Shown here piece by piece: positions 18,630-26,395 of a DNA stretch of 57,756 nt. Numbering within the stretch: position 1 is the first letter of the stretch; every line of letters begins with the position of its first letter. Location of the stretch: the NCBI GenBank assembly GCA_016930555.1, contig JAFGGM010000054.1:1-57756 (forward strand). The letters are read 5' to 3'. The DNA is from Candidatus Bathyarchaeum sp. GTDB taxonomy: Archaea > Thermoproteota > Bathyarchaeia > Bathyarchaeales > Bathyarchaeaceae. Made by a program: the position numbers and the translations under genes. The notes beneath the pieces are model-generated. The model had not been told where the DNA came from. It worked only from the letters and a program-made list of their open reading frames with translations, and did not search any database.

Positions 18630-19187
18630 CTATACAATATATCGGTATGCTTCGTATTTTCCTGCAGTTGTGCTATTTCTGATGACCCTAACTATGTCGC
18701 CTGGCTTGCCACCTACAGCTATTATGGCAGGGTCGTGAGCATTGATTCGGGGCAACTGGTAGGCTTGCACCTTATGTTCTTCCAGAAACTGTGCTTTTTC
18801 TTCCGGTGTGAGAAGTTCATGCTTTGACACAAAATCGTGGTCGAAAATTTGGAAAGACGGAAAGATTTTGGGAATAAGTTCGATTTTGCTTTGTTTAGCG
18901 CGGGTTTTGGCTGTGTGAGTGTATTTTCCGATTGTAGTAATGATTCCTTTCTCAATTTTGGCGTCGTCCATAGCTTTTTTGAGTTGAGTCACATATGCGA
19001 CGCCTACTGTTCCGTCAGTGGTGACAGCCCAGATGATCGTTTCCTTGCCATCTTTCATTTTGACGGTGTAGCTGATGGCATTCTTTATGTCTTCTCTTTT
19101 TAGTATCTTATAACCACGAAGCTTTATGAGAACCGTAGTTTTCTTCTCCACCAAAGTTTCTTCAGAACTCAAATACTCATTCCTCAA
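18630..19187 (-). CDS. rpo5: RNA polymerase subunit Rpo5/H with extra N-terminal domain
   Basis: C-terminal HDFVSKHELL...QLPRINAHDPA...KPGDIVRVIRNSTTAG...YRYIV; ~110-aa N-terminal extension. Confidence 0.92.
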   Translation of the reverse strand: MRNEYLSSEETLVEKKTTVLIKLRGYKILKREDIKNAISYTVKMKDGKETIIWAVTTDGTVGVAYVTQLKKAMDDAKIEKGIITTIGKYTHTAKTRAKQSKIELIPKIFPSFQIFDHDFVSKHELLTPEEKAQFLEEHKVQAYQLPRINAHDPAIIAVGGKPGDIVRVIRNSTTAGKYEAYRYIV

Positions 19188-19250
19188 GCTAAGGTATTTA
19201 AAGGGAAAACTGTCTGCAAACCCTTAAACTTTACGCTAATTTCAGCTCGT

Positions 19251-19490
19251 TTACTGTTCAGTTACAGTAATTATCGACACGGGACAGGAATCTTCTGCCT
19301 CTCTGGCGCCTTCAATCTCCTCATCATCGAAAACTCCTGAGGATGCGTTAGCGTCAGTGTCTCCTCCAATCACAGTTGACTTTCCATCATCGTCTGGTTC
19401 AAAGTGGGACGGGTCCAAACTATAGCAGGTGCCACAGGCAATGCATCCCCCGCGTTCAATCTCAATCTTATATTTCATAAAATTCACCAC
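19251..19490 (-). CDS. Monocluster ferredoxin
   Basis: CIACGTC...AEDSCPVSII. Confidence 0.9.
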   Translation of the reverse strand: MVNFMKYKIEIERGGCIACGTCYSLDPSHFEPDDDGKSTVIGGDTDANASSGVFDDEEIEGAREAEDSCPVSIITVTEQ

Positions 19491-19741
19491 TACAAGTTCT
19501 GTGTTTAGACAATAAAATTTTTGCTGTCTAAACGACCACTAGCTATACTTGTAGCCTAATAGAGTTACCTTGTTAAAAACAGTATTTTTCAGAAAAATCA
19601 AGAGAACTGAAAAAAGGTTACCGACCTACTGGTTTGTGGTTTAGATCGTTCTACAAATCTATACACGTTCAGACAAACCATACAGAACAATTATATGACT
19701 TTGTTCATCCTTAAGTGAAAACGTAACTCGGTGAAAAACAC

Positions 19742-20479
19742 ATGGACCCAAGAGATATTGTGTTAGGTGGAATTTGTGGTGCACTGTATGCAGTAGCAGG
19801 AATTTTAATCTACAATCTTTTACCAATTACCGCTCCAGGAATAGGTGTTGTCAGGTTCTGGCCTTCACTTGTTATCCCTGCAGTTTTCGCAGTTCTCTTC
19901 GGACCAAAGGTCGGTGGTATAGGTGGAGCGCTAGGAATTTTCGTCAGTGATACCCTAATTCACAATGACCCCTTACTAAGTTTAACTGTTGGGGTCACAT
20001 CAAATTATGTAGGATTCTATCTTATTGGTCTAATTTCCCGAAAAACCATTAATTGGAAAAAAACTCTAGGAATTTCAGCTGTAGTTGTGGCTTTGCTTTC
20101 ACTAACCATGGGGTATGTGTTGTTTATTTACGTCTCAGTTAATGCCACAATCCTGTTCATTAGTCTAGTTATTGCTACTTACCTGGTTACAGTTTTGATC
20201 GGATTCAAGTGGTCTACTTGGAGAAGTTATGGACTAGGTTCAATGGTTGGTCTTGGCGTCGCAAGCTCAATAATAGGTATAGGCGTTTGGGCATACAGTC
20301 ATATCTTTCTGTTACCCGCTAATGTGAGTGCAACTTCCAATTTGCCCATATCCACAGCTGCGGTATGGTTCATATGGACGTTTGCAACGGAGATACCCTT
20401 TCTAATAACACTAGGTCCACCAATATTAAAGGCATGTTATAAGGCGTTTCCATCGTTAGCTCCCAAACCTGAAAAGTAG
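19742..20479 (+). CDS. ECF transporter S component
   Basis: Multi-TM; VRFWP..VIPAVFAVLFGPKVGGIGGALG..SD signature. Confidence 0.8.
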   Translation: MDPRDIVLGGICGALYAVAGILIYNLLPITAPGIGVVRFWPSLVIPAVFAVLFGPKVGGIGGALGIFVSDTLIHNDPLLSLTVGVTSNYVGFYLIGLISRKTINWKKTLGISAVVVALLSLTMGYVLFIYVSVNATILFISLVIATYLVTVLIGFKWSTWRSYGLGSMVGLGVASSIIGIGVWAYSHIFLLPANVSATSNLPISTAAVWFIWTFATEIPFLITLGPPILKACYKAFPSLAPKPEK

Positions 20480-20491
20480 GAGGAAACTGGC

Positions 20492-21421
20492 ATGCTAAAG
20501 CGTGAGACAGCATTCAGTCCGGCTGGAATCAGCAGCTTTTTCGAAATCTGCGACAAAACTATTGATGGGGTATTGATTGCTGACCATGAGCGCGTTGGCG
20601 CTAGGGGTGGAGGCTTTTCTCCTGACAAAGGAGTTACAACTGAAGTTATCGTGGATGAGGCTGAGGAAAGTCATGTGCAAGTGGTCATTAACGGAGAAAA
20701 CTGTCCAGAGGCTACAACAACAAAATTGGTTGTTGAAATGCTGACTTCTAAGGTTTCTGAAAGCTATGCAATAACTGTCATTCATCAGGTGGATGTACCC
20801 ATTGGTGCGGGTTTCGGTTCTAGCGCTGCCGGTGCTTTAGGGGCTGCTTTGGCGTTGAGCAAAGCTTTGGGTCTTAACCTTACGTACAATCAGTTGGGCA
20901 GAATAGCTCACATAGCTGAAGTGAAATGTAAAACAGGTTTAGGAACAGTTGGTCCGTTATTGTTTGGAGGATGCGGATTAACCATCGAGCCAGGCGCGCC
21001 CGGAATCGCCCACTTAGACCGTATTCCTGTCTCCTCTGATTACAGACTCGTTGTAGGCACTTTCAGATCCTACCCAACCAAGGAGCTGCTTTGTTCTCAA
21101 AAATCTCGGGAAATAATCAACGAGTGGGGACGAAAAACCCTCAAAAGAATACTTGCTAACCCATCTCTTGAAACTTTTATGGACGCGTGTAAAGATTTTG
21201 CTGTGGGCACAGGCTTTGTTACAGACCGCGTTCAGAAGCTAATGAAGTTGGCTGAGAAAGCTGGAGCTGTTGGAGCAGCACAGAATATGCTAGGAGAGGC
21301 GGTTCATGCTTTGGTTACATTTGAGAAGATGGACCATGTTTATGATGCTTTCAGGACAGTTTTGCCTGAAGAAAAGATTATTACAGCCAAAATTGACTCT
21401 CAAGGTGCACGTATTAGGTGA
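20492..21421 (+). CDS. Pantoate kinase (GHMP family, archaeal PoK)
   Basis: AFSPAGISSFF, PIGAGFGSSAA, AHIAEV..KTGLGTV, AQNMLGE. Confidence 0.88.
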   Translation: MLKRETAFSPAGISSFFEICDKTIDGVLIADHERVGARGGGFSPDKGVTTEVIVDEAEESHVQVVINGENCPEATTTKLVVEMLTSKVSESYAITVIHQVDVPIGAGFGSSAAGALGAALALSKALGLNLTYNQLGRIAHIAEVKCKTGLGTVGPLLFGGCGLTIEPGAPGIAHLDRIPVSSDYRLVVGTFRSYPTKELLCSQKSREIINEWGRKTLKRILANPSLETFMDACKDFAVGTGFVTDRVQKLMKLAEKAGAVGAAQNMLGEAVHALVTFEKMDHVYDAFRTVLPEEKIITAKIDSQGARIR

Positions 21422-21430
21422 TGAAAGGCC

Positions 21431-21901
21431 GTGAAGAATACGTTTGAGACTGTGGCTGTTGGCGGCACTTTTGACCTGTTTCATAAAGGACACCGAGCAT
21501 TACTCCGAAAGGCATTCAAGGTTGGAAACCGTGTTCTCATAGGTCTCTGTTCTGACGATTTTGTGAAGAAGATGAGAAAGCCTCATGGAATCGCATCGTA
21601 TACTGAACGTCTTGAAGAGCTGGAAAAGCTACTGAAAAAGAGAGGCGTGTTGGAGCGGGCGGAGATTTCACCCTTAGATGATGAGTATGGGCTCACATTG
21701 TCAGATACACGGATTGACGCTATAGTTGTGAGTGCGGAAACGGAACCGCGGGCTCACAAAATTAACGAAAAACGTAAGAGTCTTGGGATGGCGCCTCTGC
21801 CGATTGTTGAGGTGGAGATGGTTCTTTCTGAAGACCTTTATCCAATTTCGTCTACCCGCATCTGGTTCGAGGAAATTGACAGGGAAGGAAATTTGCTCTA
21901 A
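21431..21901 (+). CDS. coaD: Archaeal phosphopantetheine adenylyltransferase
   Basis: VAVGGTFDLFHKGH, IVVSAET, PISSTRI. Confidence 0.92.
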   Translation: MKNTFETVAVGGTFDLFHKGHRALLRKAFKVGNRVLIGLCSDDFVKKMRKPHGIASYTERLEELEKLLKKRGVLERAEISPLDDEYGLTLSDTRIDAIVVSAETEPRAHKINEKRKSLGMAPLPIVEVEMVLSEDLYPISSTRIWFEEIDREGNLL

Positions 21902-21976
21902 ATTTATTTTCACAATAGAAATGAAGATTGTTTTAGGCCCCTTTTTGCATCTATCTAGGTTAGAGAAGGTTGTGCT

Positions 21977-22412
21977 TTGAAGAGAACAGGGGTTACGAGT
22001 CTTCCGCTTCATTCTGGTAAAGCCCCGCGATGGCTTGTTTTCCGAATGCAGAAACTCGCTAACGAGATGGTTACCATAATGATTGACGAGTATGGCGTGG
22101 ACATGTTTCTTAGACGTGTCTCGGACCCATTCTGGTTTCAGGCCTTAGGTTGCGTCTTAGGGTATGACTGGCATTCGTCAGGAGTCACCACTGTTTTAAC
22201 AGGCATTCTGAAAACGGCAATAAACAAGAGGGAGCTGGGCGTGACTGTTTGCGGCGGCAAGGGCAAAACCTCCCGTAAAACTCCTGAAGAAATCGAATTC
22301 TTAGGAGAAAAGTACAGTTTTTCAGAAGACAAACTCGATAGATTACTGTATGCCAGCCGAATGAGCGCAAAGGTTGACAGCACTGCAATTCAGGCAGGTT
22401 ATCCTCTGTATC
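21977..22412 (+). pseudogene. DUF763 (COG1415) gene, 5' part, interrupted by the integrated element
   Basis: LPLHSGKAPRWL, DPFWFQALGCVLGYDWHSSGVTT, SRMSAKVDSTAIQAGYPLY; homology ends at the left direct repeat. Confidence 0.92.
22392..22412 (+). repeat. attL core, 21-bp direct repeat AGGCAGGTTATCCTCTGTATC
   Basis: Exact copy at 26375-26395. Confidence 0.97.
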
Positions 22413-22464
22413 CAACCCATCTCACCGTGAACAACACGCCTCTACACTAGAATACGCATGGCAC

Positions 22465-23304
22465 ATGAAGAAAAAAGGACTATCACAAGCAACAATCAAA
22501 ACAAGAACATACCTGTTGAGCAAGCTCATAAAACTAGGAGCAGACCTAAACAACCCTGATACCGTAGAAACAATAATAGCAACACATGACTGGAAAAACC
22601 CTTACAAAAAGAACTACGCCAACGCCTACAAAGCATACACCAACTACAAAAAAATACAATGGGAAAAACCAAAAATCACAATAACACAAAAAGAACCATT
22701 CCTACCAACAGACGAAGAAGTAAAACAGCTAATATCAGGAACATCAAAAACGGTCAGCACCCTAATCCAACTTTTATACGAAACAGGAATCAGAATCGGA
22801 GAAGCAAACGCGCTCCAATGGACTGACATAGATTTAAAATCCAATCAAATCAGAATCAATTGCCCAGAAAAAGGAAGCAACGCGCGAACCCTGAAAATCT
22901 CAGACACACTGACAACAATGCTTAACAAACTTACCCGAAGAAAAGACAATAACATCTTCAACCCAAGAACACGAACAATAAGCACAATATTCAGCAGACA
23001 AAGAAAAAGACTAGCCGAAAAACTGCAAAACCCTAGAATCAAACAAATCCACTTCCATACACTAAGACACCTAAAAGCAACAACAGAATACTACAAAACA
23101 AAAGACATCCTTCATGTAAAATACATTCTAGGACACAAAAGGCTAGACACTACACAAAGATACGCACACTACCAACCATTCCAAAAGGAAAAATACCACT
23201 GCAAAGTAGCCAAAACCCAAGAAGAAATCACAGACCTAATAGAAAACGGATTCGAATATGTAACCGAACAAGAAGGACTAAAATACTTCCGCAAAAGGAA
23301 GTAA
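22465..23304 (+). CDS. Tyrosine recombinase/integrase (C-terminal, catalytic part)
   Basis: TGIRIGE (R), EKGS (K), HTLRH (HxxR), LGHK (H), TQRY (Y); adjacent to attL. Confidence 0.95.
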   Translation: MKKKGLSQATIKTRTYLLSKLIKLGADLNNPDTVETIIATHDWKNPYKKNYANAYKAYTNYKKIQWEKPKITITQKEPFLPTDEEVKQLISGTSKTVSTLIQLLYETGIRIGEANALQWTDIDLKSNQIRINCPEKGSNARTLKISDTLTTMLNKLTRRKDNNIFNPRTRTISTIFSRQRKRLAEKLQNPRIKQIHFHTLRHLKATTEYYKTKDILHVKYILGHKRLDTTQRYAHYQPFQKEKYHCKVAKTQEEITDLIENGFEYVTEQEGLKYFRKRK

Positions 23305-23316
23305 AACCCTCTTTTT

Positions 23317-23499
23317 TTAACAATCAATAAACATTGAATCCCAACAATCTTTATGATACAACTTCCTAGAAAACTTACTACCTACACTAACAACAAAATC
23401 ACCAACATACAAAAACTTATCACACTTGTAACAAAAAACCTCACCATAAAGCACAAGGAATGTAGAATATCTAGCATCATCTAAGATATATTCAGGCAA
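23317..23499 (-). CDS. Small Zn-finger protein of the element
   Basis: CYKC...YHKDC; GGAGGT 7 nt before the TTG start. Confidence 0.65.
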   Translation of the reverse strand: MPEYILDDARYSTFLVLYGEVFCYKCDKFLYVGDFVVSVGSKFSRKLYHKDCWDSMFIDC

Positions 23500-23620
23500 T
23501 CGCTAAACCTCCAAAAAAGAACGCTCGTCAGGCATCTTCGATGCCTTCCTCGAAAAAAAAGAAAAAAAAGAATAAAACCACTCCGAAAACGCCTCAAAAA
23601 AGGTTCTTTTTCAATCAAAT

Positions 23621-23866
23621 TTAACGAATCCCACGAACAACCCTTACAACCATCTTCTTCTTACAATCCCAAACACTACAACCCATGAAAATATCACGAA
23701 CATCAGTAATACTCAAATTCTTAGGAAAATAAGGACAAATCCACAAAATCTCACCAGTATTTCCATAATCAACAATCTTACACCCAACAAAATTTGAATC
23801 GTCAAAATGCTTACCATTAGGATACTTACAAAGCATGTTTTCTTTAAAAGGACACAAATCACCCAT
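23621..23866 (-). CDS. Small Cys-rich protein of the element
   Basis: 81 aa with six Cys; co-oriented downstream of rep. Confidence 0.55.
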   Translation of the reverse strand: MGDLCPFKENMLCKYPNGKHFDDSNFVGCKIVDYGNTGEILWICPYFPKNLSITDVRDIFMGCSVWDCKKKMVVRVVRGIR

Positions 23867-23979
23867 CTTAATTTACCATCCTAAAGCCAAAGGAGAGGAG
23901 AGAGGACAGAGGTGAAAATCCTCCTCCTCCTAATCCCACAACCCAACCCTTACCCAAAACAAACATCTCTAAAAACAAA

Positions 23980-25356
23980 TCAAGCAACTCCAACATGAAT
24001 ACACATCCTATGAACAGGACGTTTACCGTCCAACATCCTCAACTGAGACACATCGGTAATAGGTTGATGACACAAAGCACAATGCTTATAGAACGGAGAA
24101 GGTTCGGGAGCCTCAATACCAGCAACCGCAAAGGATTCCTCATACGCCTGATAAGCAGACTCATAATCCAACTCCTTAGCATCCGCTATTACACCTCCTC
24201 CCTTAGAACGACTAGGCGCAACCCTCCACACAACATTATCATCCTCATCACGATAATCCAAATACAAATCCTCACCATACTTACCCTCACCAACAAGTTG
24301 ACCAATAGCCAACTTACCAAGATACTCAATACGCTCCAACTCAGAGCCACAAATAGGACACAGTTTCTTACGAATCTCAGCAGTAAACTTCAACTTACGA
24401 TAACTGCAAATCCCAAACCAAGTAACAATACTACTCCGCTTCTTACCTTCAGACTTCTGATAACTAGCATGAGTTAATTGATACCATAAGGTTCCACCAA
24501 CAGTAATACGCTTATCCATAACCTTACTATAATAACCAGTCTCCTGATACAACGCCCAACGCTTCGCATTAAAACCATCACAACCAACCTTACAATCAAA
24601 ACGAGAAGGACAACTACGACACTTAAAACCGCCCTCAACAAAACCAAGAATATGCCAATGAGGACTATAAAACCAACCCTTACCACCTCTTTCATAACGA
24701 AAAGCATGAAAAATCAAACAACCACCACTAACACCAAGACGCTCCATAAACTTAACAGCCTTACTACGAGCCTCCTTCAAAGACAAACCATAATCAGAAG
24801 AAGCAATACTCAAAATAATATGCTCAACCAAACCATGACCAGAAACAGCCTTCAAACGGTCAGAAGCACGAAAAGCCTCACGAACAGCCCAACCAAACTT
24901 AAAACACTTAGGACAATCAGGCTTATAACAATAACAAGGACGCTTCTGAACATACACGTTACCAGCAAAATTACGACCATCCAAACGAGTCACATTATGC
25001 TTATGAACATTCAAACAACCCTTCAACTTCTTATTCAGATACATGCCACACATATGATTAGTCACTTCACCATGACCAACCAACCAAAAATCACCATGCC
25101 GACCCCAAGAGTCAGGCAAATTAATCTCAGGAACCACATCTACAAAACTTTTATTCTCAGACTGAGGTTGCTCATCATCCTCAATATCTTCAAAGCCAAT
25201 CTCAGAATCTTCAACTAACCTATCAACATTGTTTAGTAACGATAATAGCTCAACATTGTCGCCACTGACTTCATCCAACGAAACACCAAACTCAATAGAC
25301 CTATCGACCATCCATGCACCATCCAAGACACCACCGAAGTAAAACCAAACGCACAA
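23980..25356 (-). CDS. HUH-superfamily rolling-circle replication initiator with multiple Zn-binding clusters
   Basis: Motif I-like EHIILS, motif II SPHWHILGF, motif III-like YQLTH; CYKPDCPKC and CPICG. Exact start uncertain. Confidence 0.8.
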   Translation of the reverse strand: MCVWFYFGGVLDGAWMVDRSIEFGVSLDEVSGDNVELLSLLNNVDRLVEDSEIGFEDIEDDEQPQSENKSFVDVVPEINLPDSWGRHGDFWLVGHGEVTNHMCGMYLNKKLKGCLNVHKHNVTRLDGRNFAGNVYVQKRPCYCYKPDCPKCFKFGWAVREAFRASDRLKAVSGHGLVEHIILSIASSDYGLSLKEARSKAVKFMERLGVSGGCLIFHAFRYERGGKGWFYSPHWHILGFVEGGFKCRSCPSRFDCKVGCDGFNAKRWALYQETGYYSKVMDKRITVGGTLWYQLTHASYQKSEGKKRSSIVTWFGICSYRKLKFTAEIRKKLCPICGSELERIEYLGKLAIGQLVGEGKYGEDLYLDYRDEDDNVVWRVAPSRSKGGGVIADAKELDYESAYQAYEESFAVAGIEAPEPSPFYKHCALCHQPITDVSQLRMLDGKRPVHRMCIHVGVA

Positions 25357-25488
25357 ACAATCACAATAGACAATACCAAACGTGCCTCAATACAAATGTA
25401 TCGAGTGATGTAAGAACAACTAACCACAATTGAAATATAAATAATTTGTGGACAAAAAAATTGCAAAAACAACATGAAACCATAAGTA

Positions 25489-25596
25489 GCAGGAGGGGCT
25501 GGGCAAAGTTCAGAGGTTTCACCCACTAGCGGGGTGAAAGTCGCGCCAATTCGCGCGACCAAGCCTCTCTGACTTTGCCAAGACACGCCCCCCTGC
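25489..25596. other. GC-rich branched secondary structure; candidate replication origin or structured RNA
   Basis: Nested inverted repeats: 25489-99/25587-96, 25502-09/25572-79, hairpin TTTCACCC/GGGTGAAA (25517-39) and hairpin GTCGCGC/GCGCGAC (25540-59). Confidence 0.7.
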
Positions 25597-26319
25597 ACCG
25601 CCCTTAACTCGAAAATCAAAGAAACTTCATATAAAAAACAACATTGACCACAGCAGAATCAACTAAAAAATTAATCAATCCGCAACAAAGTTATCAACAA
25701 AAGGAAGATACAACATTACCCTTTATGAAACCCAAAGGAAGATAAATAAACTTCCTAAAAACCAACACTGAAAATCAAAACCAACTGACTCACCTACAAA
25801 GTAGCCAATACGAACAAGACCACACCTCAAAAATTCCTAAAACGGATAATACGCCAACAAACAACAAAATATTAACATTAAAACACAAGCCAAAATCCTC
25901 TACCTGAGATTTTGGCGACAAAAATAATTACAAACAAAAAACAAAAACCCAAGTAATAGACAAACGCCAACTACAAATAAAAAACAAACGCCAACTCCAA
26001 TTAGAGGAGTGGCGTGTGTGTGACCCAATAGCAAACTCCTCTCTAAACTACAAAAGAGACAAACATCCATCAACAGCACAAAAAAATAAACCAGAACTAC
26101 AACAGAGTCTCAGAAAACTACTGGATAGCACCACCATCTACCAAAACAAATCCATATACAAGTCCAGAAACACAATAGAGCCTAAAAACAAAAAAAGCTC
26201 AAACAAACAAACAAGGCAACTCCAATAGAAACAAACGACAACTACAATAAAACCTAACGCAAACGAAATAAACGATAAATACGACAACAGCCCAAACAAA
26301 AAATAAGAAATGAAAGGGA

Positions 26320-26395
26320 GGAGGTGAAAAACAACGAGTAAAAAAGACAATAGTAAAAAATTACTTTGCCCCATAGGCAGGTTATCCTCTGTATC
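26320..26395 (+). other. Integrase 5' fragment: SD GGAGGTGA, ACG candidate start, codons SKKDNSKKLLCPIGRLSSV
   Basis: In frame with integrase ATG 22465 across the reconstructed attP, with no stop codon. Confidence 0.65.
26375..26395 (+). repeat. attR core, 21-bp direct repeat
   Basis: Identical to 22392-22412. Confidence 0.97.

Larger units (their letters stand above)
22392..26395. mobile_element. Small integrative rolling-circle element (3,983-bp predicted circle)
   Basis: 21-bp flanking direct repeats, tyrosine integrase, HUH Rep, abrupt change in base composition, split host gene. Confidence 0.95.

Noticed and set aside
23995-25218. Long plus-strand ORFs (160 and 188 aa) opposite rep
   Set aside because: Thr/Ile/Asn/Gln-rich shadows produced by the A/C skew; the minus-strand ORF carries the real motifs.
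25233-25619. 128-aa minus-strand ORF over the structured region
   Set aside because: Overlaps the rep start and the hairpin island; no recognisable motif.
25961-26249. Repeats as a mini-CRISPR array
   Set aside because: Units are about 16 bp, degenerate and irregularly spaced; no cas genes in the window.
26138-26374. 78-aa very hydrophobic ORF as a possible virion membrane protein
   Set aside because: F/L/V/C richness is expected from the G/T-rich strand, there is no SD, and it overlaps the integrase 5' fragment. Cannot be fully excluded.
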